From Candidatus Saccharimonadota bacterium (GTDB taxonomy: Bacteria; Patescibacteriota; Saccharimonadia; Saccharimonadales; JACDBH01): DNA of 40,820 bases. Below, piece after piece: positions 9,029-18,412 of this stretch. The stretch is from NCBI GenBank assembly GCA_028289135.1, contig JAQGGW010000001.1, positions 142,018-182,837 on the forward strand, in the 5' to 3' direction. The notes beneath the pieces are model-generated. The model made no database searches. It saw only the letters and a program-made list of their open reading frames with translations, and was not told where the DNA came from. Position numbers and translations under genes: made by a program. Every line of letters begins with the position of its first letter. Positions within the stretch are counted from its first letter, which is position 1.

Positions 9029-10594
9029 TTAGTCAGTTTTGCCGCGGCGGAAACTTGCTATTGAAGCCAAAATATCTTCCTGCGAAATAGGTTCTACTGT
9101 ATTTCCTCGAGCCTCCTGCATAGCCCGTGCGAAAAGAATTTGGTTAATAAACGATTCAATGTCAGAACCGCTCATACCATCTGTTGCGGAAGCTAGTTTG
9201 TCGACTTTGATATCATCACCGAAAATTTTAAAGTCACCGGACTCAAGCAGCATTTTTTTGCCAATTTTTATAGAAATAATATCTTGGCGGGCAGCTTCGT
9301 TTGGCATCGGAACATATATTTTGTGGTCAAAGCGCTCAGAGCGTATTAATGCCGGATCAATACTGTCGATCCTGTTAGTAGCAGCTACGACTAAAATATT
9401 AGAATTAGCGGCAGCTAAATCATTCATTTGCTGCTTAAACACTCCCGCAACAGCATTACGAGCTGCACCGCCACCTCCAGGACCAGGTTGGTCAACTGTT
9501 CCAATAATCGCATCAAATTCGTCCAAAAACATGACCGTGGGCTTTGTTACTGCTTTAGCACGAACAAAAATATCTTTTAGTGCTTTTTCTGAATTTCCAT
9601 GCCACATATCATTGATATCAGTACCATCTATTTTCCAGAAGTCCCCTCCAATTTCATGTGCTAGTGCTTGGGCAAACATCGTTTTGCCGGTTCCTGGTTC
9701 ACCATAAAACATTACTGCTTGAGGCTTTTTAGCACCCCATTTTGCCATAGTCTCGGCGTTTTTAAACGCTAAAGCAATATCCTTTAGGACAGCTTTAACA
9801 TCTTCGTAGCCGCCTATTGAATCCAGCGTTACGTCAGTCTCAACGCTAAATTCACCAACTTCTGGCATCCTATCTGGCACAGTAACTTTTTCGGTAGTTC
9901 TTGTATTTGTTATAGCTGCACTACCAATAGCTTTCGCTTGTGCTGGTGTACTTAGTGGTTTTAGTCTATCGCCTATATTATATGTTCTTCTAAGACGTCG
10001 GTTATTAAACTTATCACTACTTGCAAAGTCAATTGCATCAATCATAATGAGTCCAAGTTCGGCCAATTGTGCCTCTAGCGAGAAGCTACTTATTGCTGCT
10101 GCGCTGACTGAAAGTGTTTTGGGTGCGTCGGCAACATTATCTGAATATCCAATATTGTTTGAAATATTTACTTTAGCACTAGGTTTATCATAATGAGCGA
10201 TTAGCTTTAAACCATTTTTGGTTGAGATTCTCTGAGTATTTGGAAATGTAGACTGTTCTGCCACATATTTTCTAGTAGAGAATTTTGTCTCAAACTTACC
10301 CATAATTGTAGGTAGGTGATCCCTTTGATCTTTAGTACGATCAAGTTGAATGCCTAAGTTAAACCAAGGCGCTCGTTCTCTATCACTTGTAATTACAGGA
10401 TGCAGGTCTAATGTGACCCGTTCAATATCACCTCCAAAGTCACTACGATCAAATATCCGAGTTGGTGCAGTGCCTTCTTCGACAATTTTTTGCATATCTA
10501 CGAGATTGTATACGTCAAAATTAGAACCAAACTCTATGATATGTATATCAGCTTTAGGTGTACTTGAAGGATCTTGATTGCCATTTTCCGCCAT
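9029..10594 (-). CDS. classic-clade AAA+ ATPase with an uncharacterised N-terminal region of about 260 aa
   Basis: Walker A GEPGTGKT, Walker B VMFLDEFD, second region of homology ATNRIDSIDPALIRSERFD. Own promoter TTGACA-N17-TATCTT. Confidence 0.85.
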   Translation of the reverse strand: MAENGNQDPSSTPKADIHIIEFGSNFDVYNLVDMQKIVEEGTAPTRIFDRSDFGGDIERVTLDLHPVITSDRERAPWFNLGIQLDRTKDQRDHLPTIMGKFETKFSTRKYVAEQSTFPNTQRISTKNGLKLIAHYDKPSAKVNISNNIGYSDNVADAPKTLSVSAAAISSFSLEAQLAELGLIMIDAIDFASSDKFNNRRLRRTYNIGDRLKPLSTPAQAKAIGSAAITNTRTTEKVTVPDRMPEVGEFSVETDVTLDSIGGYEDVKAVLKDIALAFKNAETMAKWGAKKPQAVMFYGEPGTGKTMFAQALAHEIGGDFWKIDGTDINDMWHGNSEKALKDIFVRAKAVTKPTVMFLDEFDAIIGTVDQPGPGGGGAARNAVAGVFKQQMNDLAAANSNILVVAATNRIDSIDPALIRSERFDHKIYVPMPNEAARQDIISIKIGKKMLLESGDFKIFGDDIKVDKLASATDGMSGSDIESFINQILFARAMQEARGNTVEPISQEDILASIASFRRGKTD

Positions 10595-10634
10595 AATTAA
10601 TAATTAAGATAACATTTTTATTATTATCTGTCAA

Positions 10635-11186
10635 TTATTCTTGGGCTTTTGTTGTTGGCATCCATAAGCCAATGCCAGAGGAAACGCCTCCGGCCATATA
10701 ATAGGGTCCTATCTGAGACCCGGGTTCAAGTAATAGCTCTTTTGTAATTTCGTCTCTTTCGCGGGAAAACTCTTGAGCCATAATCCCAACCGTCATCTGC
10801 ACATCTTCTGCTCTCATACTCATGCCATAGCGCATAACCCTCCCGCCTTGCAGTAGTAATTCCGCGATGGTCAGCGCATCTTCAAGATCAATAGTAGCAA
10901 CTATTGTTTCTGGGAAAAACGGTCGTATAAACTGCTCACGCGGAGACTTAGCGAAAGGCGGTTCAGGTGCTGTATAATTTGGCGATAAAGAAATCACCCT
11001 GTCTTCAAGTGGCGTAACTTTCTCATTTTTAGGCCTAGGCTTTGGTGGAGTATAAGAGACAAGTATAACTTCTCCACGTCTACGATTGCGTGCTTTTACC
11101 ACACCATCTTTAGGCACAAACGGCTCACCCATCTTTCGGGTACCAGAGGTTGGTTCAGTTATTTCAGGCAAATTTTCAACAGACAT
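10635..11186 (-). CDS. hypothetical protein (183 aa)
   Basis: Long ORF. Promoter is cgtcaa 11217..11222 (-35 TTGACG), 17 nt, then agaata 11194..11199 (-10 TATTCT), 7 nt before ATG 11186, so apparently leaderless. Confidence 0.65.
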   Translation of the reverse strand: MSVENLPEITEPTSGTRKMGEPFVPKDGVVKARNRRRGEVILVSYTPPKPRPKNEKVTPLEDRVISLSPNYTAPEPPFAKSPREQFIRPFFPETIVATIDLEDALTIAELLLQGGRVMRYGMSMRAEDVQMTVGIMAQEFSRERDEITKELLLEPGSQIGPYYMAGGVSSGIGLWMPTTKAQE

Positions 11187-11245
11187 AAATTCTAGAATAA
11201 CATTTTTAGTGCTTCACGTCAATGAAATAAGAGCCAAATAACTTC

Positions 11246-11533
11246 TTAGAGCTGGTTTTTCTTCTGGGTCGTACGTTGGGATTTAAGAACAATACTTTGG
11301 AGTTCTTTAAAAATCGGGAAATGCTTGTTGGTGTGATAAATCTTGGTGTTAGCTTGTTTTTCGCTAATTAAGAATCCGACTTTTTCGAGGCGCTTAAGTT
11401 CGCGCTGGATGTTGCCTGCGTCTTCTTTAATAAGTTTGGCAAGGCCGCGAACGTGAGTCTTGAAGTCTGGGTATTTGGCATAAATAACAATGATCTTACG
11501 TCGGACCCGGCTAGTAATAAAGACGTCTAACAT
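11246..11533 (-). CDS. small winged-helix (ArsR/PadR-like) transcriptional regulator
   Basis: 95 aa. HVRGLAKLIKEDAGNIQRELKRLEKVGFLISEKQANTKIYHTN fits an HTH plus wing. Confidence 0.65.
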   Translation of the reverse strand: MLDVFITSRVRRKIIVIYAKYPDFKTHVRGLAKLIKEDAGNIQRELKRLEKVGFLISEKQANTKIYHTNKHFPIFKELQSIVLKSQRTTQKKNQL

Positions 11534-11670
11534 TTCTCTTACCTCTCATTGTTATTCGAACAACACCTAGTATAGCGTTACCTGCTTGGGTATGCAATAT
11601 AAACCACAACATTCTTTAGTGCAAGCATGAGGGAAATACATTTTTCATATCTTGTTATACTAATGACACT

Positions 11671-13677
11671 ATGGGGTATTACGAGATTTATGTGGCCAGC
11701 GCGCGCTACCAAAAAATGGAGCCGCTTACTTATGCTTCGGATTTGGAATTAGCGGTCGGTGATGTGGTAATTGTGCCGATGGGCCCAGCACAAGTACTTG
11801 GATTTGTTGAGGAAAAAGTAGATAAACCAAGCTTTAAATGTAAACCCGTTTTACGCACTATCCAGGACGTAAAACTACCTGCAGAAGCACGCAAATTATT
11901 TGCCTGGATGCAGCAGTATTATCCAAGCGGAAGCGGCTCGACTGTGCAGCTGTTTTTGCCGAGCAGTTTAATTACAAAAAAAGCAGAAACATTAGAAAAA
12001 GTGGCCAAAACTACCGATGTTAATGCAACAATGTTGCAAAAATCTAAAAAGCCCACTGAAGCACTAAAATTGCCGCCGTTAACACGCGACCAAACCACTG
12101 CCCTCGACATTATGAGTACCAACAAAACGCATCATTTTTTGCTCCACGGCGAGACCGGCAGCGGCAAAACACGCGTCTATATTGAGCGCGCAAAAGCCGC
12201 ATTAAATGCCAACAAATCAGCCCTGATTTTAACGCCAGAAATTGGCCTCACGCCACAACTCGCACAAAGTTTCGCCGAACAATTTGGCGGCAAAGTAATT
12301 ATTATGCACTCCAACCTAACCGCCAAAACCCGGCGTGAATTTTGGCTGCAAATTGCCAACGGCACGGAGCCGCTCATTATCATTGGCCCGCGCTCTGCCC
12401 TTTTTAGCCCGCTTAAAAATATTGGATTGATTGTGGTGGACGAGTTCCACGAGCCCGCTTACAAACAAGAGCAAGCCCCGCGCTACCAAACCATCCGTGC
12501 CGCAGCCGCGCTGGCCAGCCTGCACAAAGCCGAGATTATTTATGGCAGCGCCACCCCGCCCGTAGCCGAATATTTTTTGGCCGAACAAACCAGCATGCCG
12601 ATCATTCGGCTGGAAGGCTCGGCCAAAGGCGAACCATTGGATGATGCTGGCAAAGTAAAAACAGACGTTATTAACCTGGCAGACAAATCCCATTTTAGCC
12701 GCCACCCATTTTTGTCCGACACGCTCCTAAAAGCCATTGAAAGCGCGCTCACAAACAAAGAACAGACGCTTGTGTACCTAAACCGGCGCGGCACGGCACG
12801 TTTGGTATTGTGCCAAAACTGCGGCTGGCAAGCACTCTGCCCGCGTTGTGATTTGCCATTGACCTACCACGGCGACGGCCACCACTTGCGCTGCCATACC
12901 TGCGGCTACCAAGCCGAAGCACCTCTGAGCTGCCCCGTCTGCGCCAGCACGGATTTGCAATACCGAACCATGGGTACAAAGGCGCTGCTAGAAACCTTGC
13001 AGGGCTTTTTCCCGCACGCTCGCCTGCAGCGTTTTGACACTGACCTTGGCGTTGCCGACCGCATGGACAAGCACTACAAAAACATCCGCGATGGAAACGT
13101 CGATATCCTCGTAGGAACGCAAATGCTCGGCAAAGGTTTGGACTTGCCCAAACTAAGCCTGGTAGGTGTTGTGGCGGCTGACACTAGCCTGTATATGCCG
13201 GACTTTACCGCCAGCGAGCGGACATATCAGCTGCTGCACCAGGTGTTTGGCCGTGTTGGCCGCGGGCACGTGCTAAAAAGCGGCGCCGGACGGGTTGTTA
13301 TCCAGTCCTACGTGCCAGAAAATCCGGTTCTCCAAGCGGCCATCAATAAAGACTGGGGAACGTTTTATCTGACCGAACTTTTAGAGCGCCAAACGTTTTT
13401 ATTCCCACCGTTTTGTTACCTTTTAAAAATAAGCGCATCACGAAAAAGCCCGGAAAGCGCCGAAAAAGCCATCACCGCCCTGCACCGCACGCTGCAAACC
13501 ACAAAGCTTAAAATCAATCTCAGCGATCCTGCCCCCAGTTTTTATGAACACAGCCACGACATGTACCACTGGCAATTGGTCCTTAAGGCTAAAGATAGAA
13601 AAGAACTGCTAAAAGCGTTGAAGGCCCTACCGCCTGGCAACTGGACCTACGACCTCGACCCCGCCAATTTGCTTTAG
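11671..13677 (+). CDS. priA: primosomal protein N' (PriA helicase)
   Basis: GETGSGKT Walker A, VDEFHE DEAH-type box, and cysteine cluster CQNCGWQALCPRCDLPLTYH...CHTCGY...CPVCAS. Confidence 0.9.
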   Translation: MGYYEIYVASARYQKMEPLTYASDLELAVGDVVIVPMGPAQVLGFVEEKVDKPSFKCKPVLRTIQDVKLPAEARKLFAWMQQYYPSGSGSTVQLFLPSSLITKKAETLEKVAKTTDVNATMLQKSKKPTEALKLPPLTRDQTTALDIMSTNKTHHFLLHGETGSGKTRVYIERAKAALNANKSALILTPEIGLTPQLAQSFAEQFGGKVIIMHSNLTAKTRREFWLQIANGTEPLIIIGPRSALFSPLKNIGLIVVDEFHEPAYKQEQAPRYQTIRAAAALASLHKAEIIYGSATPPVAEYFLAEQTSMPIIRLEGSAKGEPLDDAGKVKTDVINLADKSHFSRHPFLSDTLLKAIESALTNKEQTLVYLNRRGTARLVLCQNCGWQALCPRCDLPLTYHGDGHHLRCHTCGYQAEAPLSCPVCASTDLQYRTMGTKALLETLQGFFPHARLQRFDTDLGVADRMDKHYKNIRDGNVDILVGTQMLGKGLDLPKLSLVGVVAADTSLYMPDFTASERTYQLLHQVFGRVGRGHVLKSGAGRVVIQSYVPENPVLQAAINKDWGTFYLTELLERQTFLFPPFCYLLKISASRKSPESAEKAITALHRTLQTTKLKINLSDPAPSFYEHSHDMYHWQLVLKAKDRKELLKALKALPPGNWTYDLDPANLL

Positions 13678-14243
13678 TCCCAACGATTAGTGAATGTATT
13701 ATGGTCTAGTGTTGCCATTGCAATGCGAGTAACATCTTGCGCTACTTCATAACCAAGCGTGCCGGAAGTATTCATGAACGGATAGTTATTACCACGATCA
13801 GGACGACCTAAATCATACGAACCAATCCTTGCTACAGCAACTTCTTCTCCGCTAACTTTTAAAAATACATCTAATGTAGGTGGCTTCCCTTGTGCCTGGC
13901 CTACTGTAAAACCATATAAACCAGAGAGCATTACAGTTTCTTCGGTTTCTGTATTTTTATGCACAGGAAATTCCCTAACTTTTACTTTCGCTATAGTTGG
14001 TAAATCATATCCTGATGGTACATGCCTGCCAGATTCAACCACCTCAGAAACATTGTTATAGGCTGCAAGTGCCATCCTTACTAATCTACCGGTTGTACGA
14101 TACTTTCGACTTTCCCGGCCTATTAAGTAATGCTCAGCGGGCTGAGGTAAGTCTGATGGCACTTTTTCAAGGATACCTAGTCTATCGCCTCTCAGTGATT
14201 CCAAGTGAGGATTTAATAGTTCAGGATCATAAACTAATTTCAT
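13674..14243 (-). CDS. hypothetical protein (189 aa from ATG 14243), cargo of an insertion between priA and def
   Basis: Long ORF in an AT-rich patch. Promoter is -35 TTGAGT, 17 nt, -10 TATAAT (attata 14253..14258), 9 nt before the ATG. Its stop overlaps the priA stop. Confidence 0.65.
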   Translation of the reverse strand: MKLVYDPELLNPHLESLRGDRLGILEKVPSDLPQPAEHYLIGRESRKYRTTGRLVRMALAAYNNVSEVVESGRHVPSGYDLPTIAKVKVREFPVHKNTETEETVMLSGLYGFTVGQAQGKPPTLDVFLKVSGEEVAVARIGSYDLGRPDRGNNYPFMNTSGTLGYEVAQDVTRIAMATLDHNTFTNRWD

Positions 14244-14338
14244 TATATTACTATTATACACTATTTATTAGTATTACTCAAGCACCTAGTTTAACTTATT
14301 GTTAAATAAAGTAAGCTAGAGAGTTAAATTGTAAATTT

Positions 14339-14418
14339 AGAAAAGAACTTCTCAGAACACTGAAGGCTATGCCCGCGGCAATTGGACCTACGACCTCGAC
14401 CCCGCTAACCTGCTGTAA
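14339..14418 (+). pseudogene. displaced relic of the priA 3' end
   Basis: These 80 nt align to priA 13597..13677 (81 nt). They share a 23-nt identical core, tggacctacgacctcgaccccgc. The relic encodes ...GNWTYDLDPANLL* after a 1-nt indel and has no upstream reading frame. Confidence 0.8.
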
Positions 14419-14433
14419 AACCAAATGCGTATC

Positions 14434-14442
14434 TGTTATAAT
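14434..14442 (+). promoter_or_regulatory. extended -10 promoter (TGTTATAAT) for def
   Basis: TATAAT at 14437..14442 is preceded by TGt and lies 8 nt before ATG 14451. No SD is present. Confidence 0.5.
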
Positions 14443-14450
14443 GGTGCAAA

Positions 14451-15032
14451 ATGGCAACACGCGACGATATTATCACACTGCCCAATGACCACCTGCGGCA
14501 GCGCTCCCAAAAAGTGGGTGTTATTACTGATGAAATTAAACAGCTTATTAAAGATATGGAAGCGGCGACGCTGGACTGGGAAGATTCCCGCGACCACGAA
14601 GTTGGCGTGGCTCTGGCCGCGATCCAGATCGACAAGCCGTACCGTGTGGTTGTTATCCGTAATAACTTTGACGACAAAAAAGACCGCGGTTTTTTGGCGC
14701 TTATTAACCCCGAGATTGTTAAGTACGAAGGCGAGATCGAAGAAGACTTTGAAGGCTGTTTGAGCGTCAGAGAAATCTACGGCAAAATCCCCCGCCATAC
14801 CAAAGTCCGTGTTAAGGCTCTTAACATTAACGGCCGCGAAGTCCGCATAACGGCCGAGGGCTTTTTGGCACGCACATTCCAACACGAAATTGACCACACC
14901 AACGGCAAGGTTATTATTGACCACATAAAAGGCAGGAAAGAAGCTTTTTACCGCTTATCCCAAGACGGCAAACTTGTCCCGCTCGACTACGATAAAGACG
15001 TAAAGGACAACCAAGAACTATGGACAGAGTAG
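14451..15032 (+). CDS. def: peptide deformylase
   Basis: GVALAAIQI, EGCLSV and HEIDH motifs. Confidence 0.92.
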   Translation: MATRDDIITLPNDHLRQRSQKVGVITDEIKQLIKDMEAATLDWEDSRDHEVGVALAAIQIDKPYRVVVIRNNFDDKKDRGFLALINPEIVKYEGEIEEDFEGCLSVREIYGKIPRHTKVRVKALNINGREVRITAEGFLARTFQHEIDHTNGKVIIDHIKGRKEAFYRLSQDGKLVPLDYDKDVKDNQELWTE

Positions 15033-15976
15033 TCTTTTTTGGTTCAGGGCCTGTTGCGGCAAAATCATTAGAATTGCTTGCTAAAAACTTTGAAATTGAA
15101 GCGGTGGTTACCAAGCCAAAACCTGCGCATCACCACGGCGACTTCCCTGTTTTGGACATTGCCGAAGCGTTAAAACTGCCTGTTAAAACCGTATCAAATA
15201 AAGCCGACCTAGACGAGCTTATGGCCACCAAGCCATTTGAAAGCGAAGCGGGAGTATTGATCGATTTTGGGATTATTGTCAGCCAAAAAGCCATAGATTA
15301 TTTTCCAAAAGGCATTATTAACAGCCACTTTAGCCTGCTGCCAGAATGGCGCGGCGCCGACCCAATAACATTCAGTATCTTAAGCGGCCAAAAACAGACT
15401 GGCGTTAGCCTGATGTTGCTGGTTGAGAAAATGGACGAAGGCCCACTGCTTGCCCAAGGCGTTTATGACATATTGCCCGGTGAAACCACCCCCAGCCTGA
15501 CTGACTACCTCATTAAGCTAAGCGATGCCTTGCTAGTGGACGCCTTGCCCAGCTACATCAACAACACCCCAGCGCCAAAAACCCAGGTGATAGTAAAACC
15601 CGTATCCCAAGAAGAAGTCTGCAAAATGACCGACAAACCATACGAGCCAACCTACTCCCGCAAGCTTACCAAAGAAGATGGCCGGATCGACTGGACCAAG
15701 CCAGCAGAACAGATTGAACGCGAAATCCGCGCGTTTATTGAATGGCCAAAAAGCTACACGACTCTGGCTGGCAAAGATGTGATTATTACGAAGGCCCACA
15801 GTGTTCCAACCAACGAACCAGGCGCAAAACCTGGAGACTTTGAAGCCCAAAAAGATATTGGTGTAATTATGGTCAACACATCAAACGGTTCAATTTGCAT
15901 CGACACCCTAAAACCCGCAGGCAAAAAAGAAATGACCGCCGCCGAATTTATCCGCGGCTACGGCAAAGATCTCTAA
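15020..15976 (+). CDS. fmt: methionyl-tRNA formyltransferase
   Basis: INSHFSLLPEWRGADPI motif plus a C-terminal domain. It overlaps the def stop. Confidence 0.9.
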   Translation: MDRVVFFGSGPVAAKSLELLAKNFEIEAVVTKPKPAHHHGDFPVLDIAEALKLPVKTVSNKADLDELMATKPFESEAGVLIDFGIIVSQKAIDYFPKGIINSHFSLLPEWRGADPITFSILSGQKQTGVSLMLLVEKMDEGPLLAQGVYDILPGETTPSLTDYLIKLSDALLVDALPSYINNTPAPKTQVIVKPVSQEEVCKMTDKPYEPTYSRKLTKEDGRIDWTKPAEQIEREIRAFIEWPKSYTTLAGKDVIITKAHSVPTNEPGAKPGDFEAQKDIGVIMVNTSNGSICIDTLKPAGKKEMTAAEFIRGYGKDL

Positions 15977-16552
15977 CTACATCTCTGCTTCGGATCTTGG
16001 GTATGGTATTTCAGGCGCTAACTTAGGAAACTGTTGCCTAAGAACTGTTTGCAAATCTGCGGCCGCGTCAGAAACAATAATAGGTAATATTCCTGTATTC
16101 TCCACATTATTTTTCGCCTGGTCACCGAGTGGCATAATGAATTCAAGAGAAGTGGCAGTAAGCCCCTCTCCTCTGCTTAGTGTGGCGTTCACATGGGAGT
16201 TAACAGTTCCGAGTTCTTTTATGCTAAGGCCGTAAGAAAAGTTAGTATAACCACTTGGAACAGTTCGAGCTGCATGTACGCCAACGAAAGTGTTTCCACC
16301 CCAAACACTGGCCCCAAAAGTAAATGACCTGGTAGTATCGTTTTCATTATCGGTATGATCACGTTCAATTCTATTTGTACCACGGTTCAAAATAGCCGCT
16401 TTAAATACCTGAAACACATTAAGATCTTGCAAGAATGCTAACACGTCATTTCCATCTTCTACACGCGCCTTGCTAGCAGCCGCCAGTTTTCCCAATGCCA
16501 CCACGTCAGTTTCGAATAAAGCTTTTGCATCGACTACTTCAATAACGCTCAT
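15977..16552 (-). CDS. hypothetical protein, tandem paralog A
   Basis: It aligns by eye to 16673..17254: DVVALGKLAAA...FLQDL versus DVEALNGIAAT...FIQDM, NFSYGL versus SFSYEL, and FPKLAPE versus FPELSQP. Confidence 0.7.
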   Translation of the reverse strand: MSVIEVVDAKALFETDVVALGKLAAASKARVEDGNDVLAFLQDLNVFQVFKAAILNRGTNRIERDHTDNENDTTRSFTFGASVWGGNTFVGVHAARTVPSGYTNFSYGLSIKELGTVNSHVNATLSRGEGLTATSLEFIMPLGDQAKNNVENTGILPIIVSDAAADLQTVLRQQFPKLAPEIPYPRSEAEM

Positions 16553-16672
16553 GTAACAGACTCCTCTTTATAACCTTAGCTTAACAGTCCCGAGTATAAC
16601 TGCAAGCATGAGCATAATCAATAATTGCAACATTGTTGCAATTATGTGATTCTTCCCTGTTAAAATATGGCC

Positions 16673-17254
16673 TTACCGAGCTGGGGCACCAGGCTGGCTC
16701 AGCTCAGGGAAATTATGCAAGATTGCAGTGCCCATATCTGAAGCTACATCAACGATAAGCCCTGGCACAATATTTGGAGAGTTTGATATAACCGGCTTGG
16801 CATCCGGGCTATAGCTCGCAACCCCAAAAGGTCCTACTCCATGGGCAATGAGCGCATAAGGCACAGTAAACTTATAATCATATGGCTGTGATGGTGTGGG
16901 ATTAGGACCCATATGTAATTCGTATGAAAAGCTGGTTTGCCCTCCGTTTGTCTGTCTACTCCCTTTTGCTACTACGAAACCTAAACCATTATCAACTGTG
17001 GCCTGAAAAGCAAATGAGCCTATTTCGTGCCCTATTCCTGCATATTGCCGGCCACGACTGTCACCAGGTGTTATAAGCTTTGAATGCCTAATGGCGTTTG
17101 CCATAATCTTATGTGCATCCATATCTTGTATAAAGCGTGAAATATCTCTAAGATCTCTCACTATTGGCACTTGAGCGGTAGCTGCTATGCCATTAAGTGC
17201 TTCCACGTCCCTTTCAAGATGTCTTAAGCGGGCTAGTTCGTCGCGTTTTCTCAT
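16673..17254 (-). CDS. hypothetical protein, tandem paralog B
   Basis: See paralog A. Promoter is TTGCAC-N17-TATAAC with an 18-bp perfect palindrome in the spacer. Confidence 0.7.
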   Translation of the reverse strand: MRKRDELARLRHLERDVEALNGIAATAQVPIVRDLRDISRFIQDMDAHKIMANAIRHSKLITPGDSRGRQYAGIGHEIGSFAFQATVDNGLGFVVAKGSRQTNGGQTSFSYELHMGPNPTPSQPYDYKFTVPYALIAHGVGPFGVASYSPDAKPVISNSPNIVPGLIVDVASDMGTAILHNFPELSQPGAPAR

Positions 17255-17336
17255 TATTACTCCAGGCTAATCAATATGTAGGACTAGTTATAGCCTCTCG
17301 AGAGGCTAAGTGCAAGCATGAGGGCTTTATGATTAT

Positions 17337-18398
17337 TTAAAAACTAGGCGGAGGCGTGAACTGTTGTGGTTGGGTTGGAGGTTGTGGCTGGCCAAAACCT
17401 GGAGCTGGTTGTTGCGGCGCTGGGGGCATAAAGCCTGGGGCTGGCTGCATTGGCTGAGGCTGTGGCGCTGCGGGCTGTGAGAAATCTGGGATTGGCGCGC
17501 CGTATTGAGCCGGTGGATCAAAGGTTGGCACGGTTGGAGCTGTAGATGCTGGCACAAAGTTCGGTGTTGGTTGCGGGGCTGAACCAAAATCGGCAGTTGG
17601 GCGGGTCTGGTCGGCTGGAGGCTGGTCTAGTGGATAGGCTGGCTGGATGGTGTGCTCTGCTGGCGGTTGAGGAGCTGGGGCTGCTGGAGCCTGGGGGGCG
17701 CTAAAATCTGTAGCGGGTTGTTGAGGCGTACTAAGATCTGCACCAGGAGCAGATGGGTTAAAGGACTGACCGCCAAAATCCGGCTGGCCCGTTGGCGCTT
17801 GGGCTTGTGGGGACTGGGCATATTGCTGAGGAGCTGGCTGCTGGGGCGCAAATGCAGGATTCTGCGGAGTCGACGGCTGCATGTGCTGCGTTGGCTGGTC
17901 ATAAAGCGGCTGCTGCATCGCGGCTTGTTGCGGCTGTGCAAACTGAGGCTGTTGAGTTTGTTGCGGCTGGCCAAAACTTTGAGACGGTTGGAAAGCTGGC
18001 TGCATCTGCGGTGCACCTGCTGGCATCTGTTGCGGCTGCGGCACGCCAGGCATCATCGGGTCGTTCATAATCGCTGGCTGCTGTCCGCCAGTTTGGGCAG
18101 CTAAAATCTGAGGTGCGGCCTGGGTTACTTCAACCCGGAGCTTTTCAAGCTCTTCGGCCACAACGTCTTTGTAGTTCGGGAAGTTTGTCTCAAGCCATTT
18201 TAGCGCGCCGGCTTCATCGTTTTGGTCTATAAAACTTTCAAATTCGTCGAGCTGCTGGTCGGTCATCTTTTCGGCCAAACGCATACCAACATTCATCTCC
18301 AAACGCTCATAGATCATTTGGAGCAGTTTATTCTTTTCATCAACCGGCAAACCGCCAAGGCCGAGAGAAGTTAAAAATTCATTATCGAGTTTAAACAT
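17337..18398 (-). CDS. protein with a conserved helical N-terminal domain (~100 aa) and a Pro/Gln-rich low-complexity tail (~250 aa)
   Basis: The N-terminus QLDEFESFIDQNDEAGALKWLETNFPNYKDVV is paralogous to 18413..18712. The remainder is QPQ/PAP-type low complexity. Confidence 0.8.
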   Translation of the reverse strand: MFKLDNEFLTSLGLGGLPVDEKNKLLQMIYERLEMNVGMRLAEKMTDQQLDEFESFIDQNDEAGALKWLETNFPNYKDVVAEELEKLRVEVTQAAPQILAAQTGGQQPAIMNDPMMPGVPQPQQMPAGAPQMQPAFQPSQSFGQPQQTQQPQFAQPQQAAMQQPLYDQPTQHMQPSTPQNPAFAPQQPAPQQYAQSPQAQAPTGQPDFGGQSFNPSAPGADLSTPQQPATDFSAPQAPAAPAPQPPAEHTIQPAYPLDQPPADQTRPTADFGSAPQPTPNFVPASTAPTVPTFDPPAQYGAPIPDFSQPAAPQPQPMQPAPGFMPPAPQQPAPGFGQPQPPTQPQQFTPPPSF

Positions 18399-18412
18399 CT
18401 ATAAATATCCTA

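Noticed and set aside
12177-12979. Minus-strand ORFs inside priA
   Set aside because: They are shadows of a well-supported helicase frame.
17333-18104. ORFs in other frames across the Pro/Gln-rich repeat region
   Set aside because: They are a by-product of the repetitive CAG/CCG-rich coding sequence of 17337..18398.
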